Assembly: GCA_964247055.1 (NCBI GenBank)
Contig: OZ176050.1
Span: 7,998,001-8,062,000, forward strand
Length of the DNA stretch: 64,000 bases
DNA from: Paragordius varius
Lineage: Eukaryota > Animalia > Nematomorpha
Reading direction: 5' to 3'
The notes beneath the pieces are model-generated. The model saw only the letters and a list, made by a program, of their open reading frames with translations. It searched no databases and was not told the DNA's origin. Below, piece by piece: positions 52,077 to 64,000 of the stretch; within the stretch, counting starts at the first letter, position 1; every line of letters starts with the position of its first letter. A program made the position numbers and the translations under genes.

Positions 52077-55000
52077 TAGTATCGTTAGAATAATTTAATG
52101 CAAACATCGACAAGCAATAACAATAATGATTAATCGTTAGACAGAGTTAACTTGTTCAGAATAATTCCCAATTTTATTAATTTATGAGTTATTATAAAAA
52201 TTAATTATACCTAAAACAGCTCTTCTCATTAATTTTTTAATTGAAGTCTTTTCAACGTATTTGTATTTGATAAGTGTAAATATGGCAAAAATTGAAGATT
52301 TTTACTATTTATGGATTTACTATAATTATAGTAATACATAATATAGCCATGTGCGTTTTCACAGTTATAATTTGAAATCGCTTTCTTTGGCTTTAATTAA
52401 TACACTAGAGGGTAACGAAGTATTGGTTTTCATCATTAAACATCCATCATTGATAGGTTATGAACACTTACATTTATATGAAAATTAATAAAGTCGTCGA
52501 AAAGGCCCAATGCTTATAGTTTATTTTTACAAAATCAGGTCCCCTTGATGCCGAACAAAAATGCATAATCGTATGAGAACAAATGAACATTTGAAAAAGT
52601 GTGGTTTATATATGTTATACAAGAGGGATTCTCGTAAAATAGGAGAGGTCATTTAAGTCATAAAATATTTTGTTAAATGATTTACGAGTGGAAATTATAA
52701 TTTTATAAGATAATGGTATGCAAGAAAGACATCAATATTTAATTTTGTATATCACCAACTAAACTAAACTATTCCACTTAAAATCAGAGTGTATTTGCAT
52801 ATACACACACGTACACCAAATTCTTAGCTAGCTCTATCAACTATACATTATATATTCAAACTTTGCTGACTCTTTGTAAGAAAGAAATGAAATGCAAATT
52901 AATTCATTCACATTCTTGCATATATTATCTTTTTAGTGGAAAAGCTTTAATTTGGTCAAGCAACCTTTTAGATTTATTTATTATAATATAATTTATCATT
53001 AATGTACTATAACCAATATTTTAAACATTAAATTAAGGATCACCTCACAATCATTCCTACTCTCTGAAATAATCAATCCCCCCTGTTCATCCATCGTAAG
53101 GAAAAAAAAACTTTGTAGATTAGATTAAGGTCTCAACTTTTTTTTGTTCCTTAGAGATTAATCATAATATTATGATGGTGCTAAGTTAAGATGAGAGATG
53201 GTTTTTGCATAAATTACGTAATAATTGATAATGATGATAAAAATATCATGATTTATTTTAAGGTTAAAACGAATGACTCTTTCTATCTCTACTATGATGC
53301 CAACTTATTTAAATATAGATTATTCAATGTAGAATCAAATATATGATTGATGGGATATCATATTCCCAAGAAAGATGAATTGAATTGGGCATGGCTAAAA
53401 TAATATTCTTGTAATCTAATAAATATTGATCTGTTCTAACCTCTTCAACTTTCTTTAATATGTGCTGTAGAAAAATAATTAAAATTAAAAAAAAATTGTT
53501 ATATTATCTAAAACTATAATAACCGTTTTTTTTGGACTCAGAACTAACATTAATAAATCATAAGTTTTTCGCAATTTTGATGAGATTTATGATAATCAAT
53601 ATTAAAGACTTAGATTTATAGGCAAAAGATACCCCTTGTAAAGTGATTTTATGCAACTTGTTTATTATAATTATCAATTTTTCAAAATCTTTTTCCCAAG
53701 CCAAACCATATAGTTTTTTTTCGTGTCAATTTAATTATTATTTATATTATTGTGGAAAAAAATTGTACACCTGGAGAATAATATATAACAATATAAATCA
53801 TTTATTATCTTTTATAAAAGTTTTTTTTTAAATTTAATTTATGGTTTAAAATAATGTGTGTGAACTATTTAGGGTCAAAGATACAGTATTAAAATAGTTT
53901 TTTTTTCAAAAACTATTTTAATCTTTAATATGTAATTTATTAAAATGGTATAGGCATAATGGAAGAGCATGTCAAAATTTTTAACTTTTTATTTTTGAGT
54001 TTTTAACACAATACGGGAATCAGAAATTCAAATAATGGATATGAGCAAAATTTAAAAAAAAATTATATTTGGAAATTTAAAGTAATTTATTTTAAAATTT
54101 AGGGCAATTATTAGAATATAAAATATATTTATATTTATTTATGGTTAATGAAATTTTAGTATAAAACACGCGGATTAAACAAAATAAAAATTAACCGGGA
54201 ATCTTTATAGTATTATAAATTTTTAGATAAAATTGAGTTTTTTAATTTGTCTTGGATATATAGAGAATACAATCGCGCCAAATTAGTAATTATTTATTGA
54301 ATTAATAACAATGCATATGCAATTAATAAATGTTTCATTCGTATATATTGATTGATACATTTAATTATTACATAATGGAAAATATCCGTTAAAAATAATT
54401 ATTTTTATTAATGATATTTTAAGTATTGCAAAGTACTATAAATTAATTACGATTTTCGATATACATACATAAATGCTCTTCATCTGCCTATTTTAATGCT
54501 CATTCATACAAAGGACTTAATTAAATAATTTTCAAATCCAAAATCACACAATTCAAAAAAAATGTTTTTTAAGAATAAAAATTTCAATGCATTATAAGAA
54601 TGGAAAGTGGTGAGAAAATTAATTAAAACCATTTTAATTGACCAACAACCAGCTTGATTTTATAATTGAATTCAAACTATTTTTTATTGTTACAATAAAA
54701 GGGAAAAACTTTGCATGGCCATATTTGATTTTCAATTTTTTTCTCAAAGATACAGTTCCAACTGTGCAATTATTCGTTAATGGAATGTAATATCAATATA
54801 TATTTTCGATTTTAATTTGTTTTTATTTAAACCCTGGCCATGAAAACAAAATTAATTTTTTTTATCAAATAGCAGCATGAGAAATCGTTAATATTTGGTT
54901 TAAAACTTGATTGCAAAATATTTACCTAACATATAATTGGTTTTATATTATTCATAAATTTATATCAATCACAATTTGTTTAATACATATTACATTTTTA

Positions 55001-56880
55001 AGCCCCGTTATTTTTTATATTACAAATTGATTTGAGTGGGTGTATTTATTTATAATCAAAGAATGTTTGATAAATCTATTCCATACAAAAAATTATGAAT
55101 AATGAGCCTTTAATTTACAAGAGAGCAGCATGCACACATATTTTCTATGTAATAAGCGCATAAAAATTAATATACTCCACCCTTAAAATGGTAGTGTAGT
55201 TTTCGAAATTATACGAATAAATACACTTGTAAATCGATAGATGTTAAAATGACAACGCCCTTTTTGCTTCATTAGTTAAGATATGACCTGTTCACGAAGC
55301 AATCTAAAATAATTTATTTGTTTGATTAGATGAATATTTTATATAAAGATTTTTGCAACTCAAATGAAATATTATATTTATTCCGAATTATGCGAGAAAT
55401 GATATTCATATTACGACGCCCTAAATTTTGTCAAATGTGACGCATTTTTTACATTTTCATATATAGAATAAAGTATAATAAACCAATCAACAAATCAAAA
55501 TCCTATTTTCCTAATCGGATTTAAATATATGACAAAAAAAGTGTTAAAAGCATATTTTATAATAGATATGAATCACTTGTATATTTATAATATAAATGTA
55601 AGAATAGAGGTGTAAAATGATATATTTTTTATTACAATACTGGTTTATAACAGTTTTTTATTACGTTTTTTTATGAAGAGATCAAATTTCATAAATGATC
55701 ATATAATCATTTTAATAATGCCTATTGAACTTGAAAACTATGTCACTCGTATATAGGCTAATCTTAAATATATATATAATGGTCATCAAGAAATCGATGA
55801 ATACAGTTTTGAAATAATTATTATTTATTTTATAATATAATCTGCCATTAAAAATATTTTTATAATAAATTTTAAAGGCCTTTTGATTTTGCTAACCTAT
55901 GCTCCATCCTTTAATCGTTATTGAGAATAACCAAAAAACAACTTAAAACAGTAATAAATGGTAAAATTTAGATTACTCAACGAATTTTCTATTTATGATA
56001 AAGACAATTATTATAAGAGCCAGGTAGTTAACTTAAAACCATCATTTTAATAAAGACAGGTGAAATTAATTATAACTTTATAAAAATAAACATAAATAAC
56101 TACTTTTTTAAGAGAAAATCCGAATTTTAAACATATGTAACATTGAAAAAGATATAGCAGGTAAATTGCCAAAAATCACAAATATATAATTAATATATAA
56201 TGATAAATTTTTGATAAAATGAATAAAAACCACAAAAATATTCAATCAATACAAAAAAATGATTTGTGTAGAAAGAACAATTGCTTTTTTACATTTCATT
56301 TAGCACATTTCTTATACCACATTATATTATACATTCATTAATTTATAACGAAAAAGGTAATGAAGTATATTTAAGTAAATCTATTATACAATTATATAAT
56401 TTTAACACAATTAAAAAAACACAAGGAAAAAATTTAATTAAGGAAAAATAAATTTTATTTAGCAATACAATTTACTTACTCGATGTATATCTATCTATCT
56501 GCTTTAAGAAAACTCTTTAGGTTTTCAGTATAAAAACAATTGCAGTATACTTTAACGATTGTTAATTGGATTTATTATAGTGGAATGAAATTTCACAAAA
56601 TTAACGTTTTCGATTAACTATGCAACATTAAATTAATTATTTTTTCATCTGATGGCACTTTGTATTATTAAACAAACATATTAAGAATTTATGCAGTACT
56701 AAAATTGCTTACCTCTTGACCTAATGAATTTCGAAATCATTATTTTTTATGTTATTCTTGTCTCAAGCAATAACTGTTCATATCTAATCGGTAGAGTATG
56801 CCGGCTTAAACTCATATTTTCCAATATATCTCTCATTCTCCTAATAAACTATCTACTTTTATCACTTTGTTCTTATACCG

Positions 56881-57035
56881 TAGCGCATGGCATAAAATAA
56901 TATTAGCTCCTGTAAATATAAAAAAATGTTTTTTTTAAAAAAAATTCTAGTTTCGGATACACCTATCCATACCTTGTTTTTAGAAAACATTTTTTTATTC
57001 TTTTATCGACTAATATTGTTTTATGCCATACGCTA
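56881..57035. repeat. Decayed inverted repeat, probably an old MITE
   Basis: TAGCGCATGGCATAAAATAATATTAG mirrors CTAATATTGTTTTATGCCATACGCTA; inner A/T blocks also mirror. Confidence 0.65.
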
Positions 57036-57480
57036 ATGTAACTGAGGAGTTTCATCTTTTTGCTTATCCTTGTACTAAAATTTATGTCAATTTTTGGAGG
57101 TAATCTCAAAACTCCCAAAATATTTATTTAAAGAAAAGCAATGCTTTCATATTAAAATTTTGATTATTTTTTAAATAAGTGAGGTTTTTACAGGAAAAAG
57201 GAATAAACCATATTTATAAAATTAGTGGCATATTGAATTAACGGCAACATATATCATTTTTTCTTACAATATTTTAACAAACTATTAAAAGTGCTACGTT
57301 TGGTATCCCATTTTATGGAGACAGGAGCATGACACATGCCCCTAAAATCCCTGATTAAGCAAAATATAAAATTACAATTTTAAAAATGTATATTTTATTA
57401 TTTCATTTATAATAATTTATTATTTATACTTATTAATAAGGCGTATTTATTAAACTACTAACAAAAAGTAAAATTATTAT

Positions 57481-57844
57481 TAGGTAGGGTAGGTAGGTAA
57501 TTCCTTAAGTCGAGTTCGACCCCTTGGAGATTAAAATGACTGGTTCCCTCCACTTGTCTCTTTCCCATGCTATTTCCTCTACACTTAGACATCTACCAGA
57601 TTCCTCCTTTACAGTGTCCAGCCATCCCAAAATCAGTCCTTTTTTCCTTTTCCCTTCAACTTTCCCAAAAATATCCTTCTCAAGGAATGTACTTCTTAAA
57701 ATGTGCCCAATGTACGTAAACTTTCTTTTTATTATAGGCTCCCATTAAGTGACTCTCAATATTTAATTTTTCTCTTATTGTTTTATTCTTAACCTTGTCA
57801 GACCAACTTATATTCAACATTATCCTCCAACACCACATTTCAAT
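57481..57844 (-). mobile_element. 5'-truncated RTE-clade (BovB-like) LINE fragment, frameshifted
   Basis: Translates as EMWCWRIMLNISW...(+1 shift)...KRKFTYIGHILRSTFLEKDIFGKVEGKRKKG...WLD...ERDKWRE, matching the RTE/BovB ORF C-terminus as recalled. Stop at 57505, followed by a (TACC)n tail. Confidence 0.85.
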
Positions 57845-58760
57845 ATAATTAAATATATAGTAGATCTCTCATTTTTTGAATAGCTTAATCTTAATATGTA
57901 TTATTTTAATCAATGGAACTACGGCTTTTATATCACGTTGCCGCTTCGGTAAAATAGGGTTTGTTTTATAGATTAAGGGGATTTTTCTGTATTAAATTAT
58001 CAATTATTGCAATTAAATTTTAAATAAAAAAAACAATGTTTAATTCTTTCAGCTAAAAGTAATTTATAAGCTATCATAAACATTCGATTCAGAAAAAATT
58101 AATTGCCAAAGGTTATGTGAAGCTGCCATGAGTAAAGCAAATTGATTGGAAAATTTTAAAAATCAATTCTAATAATTGGATAAATTGCATGTTATGTAAT
58201 CAAACTTTAACGAGTTTTTGTATTTCTTACCGATTATATATATTTATAAATTAAAGTGTAAAATTTTTATCACCTGAAAGAATTTATTTTTTGTAACTTG
58301 AATTTATATTTTGGTTTACAATGTTCATGTCTTAAACTGTCCAATTATCAATTCGAGTACGTATTCTCAATGGCTTTGTTTAAATGGTAATGTGACGAGA
58401 TAGTTAGTTGCTTTTCGTAGTATGGCACTGATTTAAATTGATTTAGTACAATCCTCTTTGCATTATGTTTAATAAGCTGCTTTGCTTTGTATAAAAAATC
58501 AACGGGAATTCAATCTCTCCCCTTTATAAACTCCAAATACTTAAAATTATCATTGGCCGCAACATAACCCTTTTAAAATAATTTTTTTTGACTCTATACT
58601 TAAAAAGGAAATATTTAATCGGAAAATGCATGTTTTTATGTTTTTATATTTATTCTTAAGTAGAGAGCGGCCGCATTTACTCTGAAATACGTATTATTTG
58701 ACAAGATAAATCACTAAAACAATATATAGTAAAAATATATGTATACATGGATATAATGGA

Positions 58761-58790
58761 CTAGCTGTGCCCTGTAACGCGTCCGCTGTG
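58761..58790 (-). mobile_element. Helitron-like 3' terminus
   Basis: Minus strand CACAGCGGACGCGTTACAGGGCACAG-CTAG|T: GC-rich subterminal segment and CTAG before T. The hairpin is weak and no 5' end was found. Confidence 0.4.
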
Positions 58791-59322
58791 ACTTAGTCGA
58801 CAATATCATTAAAAAGCGATATATAATTTTTCTGCAATAAACAGATAAAAGATTTCGTCATAAACAAGGAATTTAACGATTAAGGCGTATTTAACATAGG
58901 TAGACCCCTGACCAAAATTTAGGAATAAATAACCATTTTTGTATCATACAGATCGTATGGGCATTCCGAAAAATTGTTTCAAAGCCACGTTACTGTCTGA
59001 TAGCATATTTTTTGGAGATGGTGCTTTTTCAATTTAAAAAAGGCGCTTAACAGCTTAAACCCTTATCTTTATGGACTGAATTCAAAGAGTTTGCCTCAGA
59101 GTCGCGTTATTTTTATATGGTGGCGTATTTTTAACGTGGATCCCTGTTGGCTATATAAAAAGCTGAGCTTGCCTTTATACTGGGAATACTTTAAACCATG
59201 ATATGCTCTCTTACCTGATTCACGAAAATGCTAAAGCCATGTTATTTTTATATAGTGGCGTATATTATGTAGGGTGGTACCCTACCCAGAATTAATATGA
59301 GAACCTCAATTAAATTTTTCGC

Positions 59323-59387
59323 TTTTTTGCACCCGTTTAGGGAGCCTAATTGAGATGCAAATTCAAAAAAGTGGTCAATTATATTCA
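59323..59387 (+). repeat. Solo copy of the 28917..29690 array unit
   Basis: TTTTTGCACCCGTTTAGGGAGCCTAATTGAGATGCAAATTCAAAAAAGTGG aligns by eye to TTTTACACACTGGTAGGGCAAAACTGAGTGCTTAATTCAAAAAAGGG (~29522). Confidence 0.55.
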
Positions 59388-61144
59388 AGCATTCATAAAT
59401 GATTAAATTTTTTCCCTTTTGGATTTGAGTGGGCATACACGTTTTGTGGATTTGTGTCTCAAAACCAGAATTACACATTTTCGTAAATAAAGATTATATA
59501 TTAAAATAGTTGAATTTGGACATTTTTTAAAGCATTATTTTATAAAATTAAATATCGATAAAAGCGCAAACTTTAACCATTAATAATAAATCTTTACCTA
59601 GATTTTTGCGATAAATATTACATTTAATACCCAAAACCCATTTTTTTAAAAAAATCCATGTTTTATTGGTTTATCTTAATATTCATTTTAATTGGTTAAA
59701 AATAGTGTTTTATCAAACATGTCGACTCTAAAAAATTTGGTCATCCATAACCTACAAAACGGTCCCAATAACACAATATTTATATATTCTTTTATGTTTA
59801 TTTTTAATTACCATTGTTAGGTTATATACAGGTACCTGTGCTATAAATATGACAATTCAAATTTTACTATTTATTTTTTGGAGAAAAATTAAACTTTACA
59901 TAGTATAATCCTTTAATGCAGTATCAAATCAATATATTAACACTTCTTTACATGTGAATTTATACTTGTCATGGTATTTTCACAAAGGAAAATAAAAAGC
60001 TCTAATACTTTTTTGTAACTTCTACATTATTAAATTTAGATAACCTCCATTATTAAATCCAAACAAAAAGCAGACTACAACAATAATTAGCAATTAACTG
60101 ATGAATTATAAATAACCGCGTTGTATAATTTTTGTTTCATTAAAATATTTAGAGACAAAAAGTTTGAGTTTTTATAATTGTACTTTTTAAAAAATATAAC
60201 GTTTATTTATACATTCAGGCTCATATCATCGGCATTTTTAAAATAATTAATAATGGCTCCGGGATAAAAAAAAGTGTTAGAATAGTTAAAAAAATGAGTA
60301 TGGTTGTTTAATAATTTTGTGATTAATATTTCCAAATCAAATTTTTAGTATTGCCAATTAGGTAGCAACGCTATAATTAATTTTGTGGATAAAAATTCCC
60401 CATCTCGTTTAATTAAATCAAATTTACTAGTTAAATAAAATATTCCATCTATATATTATGGTGAGAAAATGAGAGTTTTGAGGTTTGGTATATTTGGATA
60501 GAAAACTTGTTAGCACATTGCATCGAAGGCGCGGTTTTCAAGGAAAATATTCATGCCCCCAGCACTATAAATCAGTGGCTAAATTATGATTAATTATTTA
60601 ATTTGGGATTATGCTTGATTTTTGGCACAAACAACAAAAAGGAATGCCATCAAGAGTGTACCCGATGCCGAAAATGCTCTACATAACTGCGTGGCGTGTC
60701 AGGGAATTAAAACCAGAAAACTGATTTTTAGCTCTGTTGTTTTTGCAAAATATTATCAACAAAATAATCTAAATTAAAATATTATGTAACAATAATTAAA
60801 TGCTTGACGATCCGATATGAAAGAGTGCACCTAAAATGCAAAATTATAACTTCTAAAAAAATATTCATAATGATAATTAAATTTTTTACGGGTGGGGGTA
60901 ATAAGCTTTATAACATTTGTTTATAATAAGGCCTTAGTTTATACCGGCCTTCTAATTTATAATAAAAATATGTGTCTTGGTCGAAACTTGACACGTAGTA
61001 GCCGATTGGTAATACAGTAGCGATTGATATAAAATGTTGTAAGATAGGAAAAAATTGTAGTTCATTTTTTCCTTTTACCCAAATGCTATTGTATTAATTG
61101 GTAAAAAATATGAATTGGCCAACATTCAGCATACTATATTATAT

Positions 61145-61406
61145 ACCATTTACAATTATAATTCACGTAACAATTCAAATTCACCCAAAATCAAATTGTG
61201 TGTTTTTTAAGATTACAAACTACCTATATTTTTTTTATATTTTTAAAAATGATATTACGTTTAAAATTAATATAATACTGAAAAAACAATAAACTATTCC
61301 ATAAGCATATATTTATAATTATTGATGCGTTATATTAGCCCGAAAACACATAATTTATTTTTATGGTCAATTTGAATTGTTCAAGGGTAATTTTGAATTG
61401 TAAATG
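61145..61406. mobile_element. MITE monomer, same family as the 43721..44234 dimer
   Basis: Ends CCATTTACAATT...AATTGTAAATG; internal TACTGAAAAAA.AATAAACTAT and GAAAACACATAATTTATTTTT are shared with unit A. Confidence 0.8.
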
Positions 61407-64000
61407 ATAGATATTGTTTTAAAATAAACTTTATATTAGAATTTAAATTATAGGCAATTAATAAAAATCAATAGTTTCAAAGATATTACAGGAGTATAGC
61501 ATAAGGTTTTTGCCTAAGTAAGTAAATAAAATAATGTTAAAACATTGGGAAAATGATATTTTAACTATTTGTTGTAGGTTATCATATGCTACTGTATTAT
61601 AAAAGTTATTGCATTTCAGATGACTTACTGTTTTAATATCTAAGTTGATTGAAGTACAAACATATAAAATCATGCATATCTATTATTTTGCTTCTTGGAT
61701 AATATCCTAAAATCAAAATTTTATAGCTTACCGTTATAATGACTCTTCTGGGGTTATGTTCCATGCAACGTGTCACTCTTTTTTGGATTAAAAAAAATAA
61801 AATTCAAACCTTGACCCCAAATTGGACATATGTATATATGGGTTCTGTCAACCAAATTGGTTGGATGTAATTTATTTACATATTATTAATTTCGCTGGGC
61901 GAAAGGTCAAAAATTCGTAAATATAATGTAAATAACATTATGTAGGGCATCGGGAAATCGGTAAATAAAAATCGTGTATTTGAAAACTTTGACCTTACCC
62001 TGTTTTCAATTTTAAACACGAAGTTTTTCTTTAAAACTAATACTTTTGTTTAACGTTTTTTTGGATTAAATAAAATTTAAAACTTTGTTTTATTATTCTG
62101 CACAAATCTAAAAACATTTAGAAAAATTAAATATTACGACTTGATCTTTTTGACTATTACTAATGGTGAAAATGCGACAATTATTTTATAAACATCAAAT
62201 TGATAAATTAATAGACAATCATAAATATACCTGATATTCGAATTTTAGTTTTTTGACTAGTTTAAGTGCGTTTCATAATTTACTGAAAAACCACAATTCA
62301 AAGTATGGATGAAAATATAAAAAAATTGGTGTACATTTATATATCCTTATTTTTTTAAGAAAGGCAATAAAAAATAATTTATCTTTTAAAACAATGGAAT
62401 AAACAACAAAAAAAGAATTTATATATTTTTTTCATTTAAAACAATACTTTTGTTTAACAAATCAATAAAACCAACAAATGTTGCGTAATTATGGTTGTAT
62501 AAAATCTTTAAACTATAACTGATTTTTGTTATCAATTTGTTTGGAGAATATAAATAAGAAAAATATGGAATTGGCTTGTGTATTCCATATCAGACAATCA
62601 ATAAAGGTCAAAACTTTTTGTTTTAAACCAGTGGTACTAAAGGGCCGATTACATGTCTCAAGGACCGTGCACCATAAAACACCGACTTATAAAAGTTTGA
62701 CTTAAATTTTTTTAATCAACAAGAATTGGCGCCTAAATCTGCAATCAGTATTACACCCATTTTAATCGATAATATTGTTTATAAATGAAAACAAATTACC
62801 TCAAATTTATATGTGAAAAAATACATATTTAAAACCGCTAAAAAGCAAATGAATTTCTACATTCATTGATTAAGAAAGATAAATTATCTTAGTCCAGAAT
62901 CGTAAAGTAACACATTGCATTAAATATATTTTTATGAGGACAACAAAAGATCCAGAAATTGTGGCTATTTTGCAACTAGCTATAAAATCTAATGTAACAA
63001 GATCGCATCTAAGAATTAAAATCCCATAAATTTTTGCACTTCTGTTGAACTTTGGAATCAAAAGCCGTTATTTAAAAGAATTGAAAGGTATAAATTAAAT
63101 TAAATTTTTATTTACCCTTACTTATATTCTGTTTACTTCAAATTGAAATATATCTCCCCTGAAGATAATATTAAACCATAAACAGTATTTATGTGAAAAA
63201 GAATATAAAGATAGTGTATTCTTATCGCCGCCCTTAGCGTCAAGATTCCGTTCTTTAATTTTAATATGTCTTTATATACATGTAATCAAAAATTAAATTA
63301 TATTTTCAACGCCCATCAAATAACTGGTGCAATAATAAAAATATTAAACAAACAAAAGCTCTATATAAAATCTCCGAGTTAAATAAATTTTACACATAAT
63401 CTGAAAACAATCAATCGCAATTCAACAGGTAGCATAATAATGTGAAATATGATATGATCAGATAAATAGAAAGTTTAAAAGTTCCTCGAAATCTTTACCA
63501 TCTTTGATTGAGCAGCTCAGTCGATTTTTTTCATTTTCCGCTTATGGTGACTTTTTAGCTTATAAGATATAAATAGCCCAAATATGGTTGCTCTTTAATA
63601 TATCATTCCAAGGTATTATTAACAAATAATATAAATAAATTTATGTGTTTCTTTATTTATTTCAAACAGAAGTTTATTTTTTGAATAGCACACATTTTTT
63701 AAATGAATATAAAATTAAATTTAAATAATTTCAATATGACCTTCATTAATGAAATATTATTAAGATTGAATTTTTTAAATAACCTAAATTAGACCTTAGT
63801 TTGTAACCGGAAGCAATACCCGTTAATCAAGTTCAAACATTATAAACATTAGTACACAACAAGATTTATTTAGACATTATCTAATAATATGATTTGAATA
63901 TTTTAGCCAAAATTTGAGCTTGGCCTGTGTACAGCATGATTGCCATATAAAATATTGTCATATGTTATCCGGTTAAATTTTAAATGGTTGTTTCAAAGTC

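Noticed and set aside
60600-60770. GC-richer patch with LDFWHK and CTRCRKC peptides suggesting a transposase relic
   Set aside because: The motifs lie in different frames, are very short, and have no supporting termini.
3099-63061. Remaining 60-90 aa ORFs in the supplied track
   Set aside because: Many use non-ATG starts, span microsatellites or repeats, and have compositions expected by chance in DNA this AT-rich.

Overview
AT-rich (roughly three-quarters A+T by eye) eukaryotic DNA, almost certainly from an animal: GT-AG spliceosomal introns, standard code, and an ARHGAP20-type gene. The taxon cannot be fixed from sequence alone. Four spliced genes were reconstructed by hand with consistent exon phases. 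(1) A ~731-aa low-complexity, probably nuclear protein (406..2868, minus) followed by a ~28-kb stretch with no recognised gene. (2) Diphosphomevalonate decarboxylase (MVD, plus). (3) A convergent NADH-cytochrome b5 reductase (CYB5R, minus). (4) A 13-exon ARHGAP20-like PH-RA-RhoGAP gene (minus). The standout signal is that CYB5R is only intact if two ultra-short GT-AG introns of 24 nt and 22 nt are spliced out, while every other intron resolved in the window is 72 nt or longer. The non-coding DNA carries a Tc1/mariner-like IR/DR element, hAT- and Tc1-type MITEs, a head-to-head MITE dimer, a two-copy foldback family, a degenerate ~150-bp-period array, Helitron-like ends and an RTE/BovB-like LINE 3' fragment. 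No rRNA, tRNA or CRISPR array was recognised. All alignments are by eye or from memory; no searches were run.
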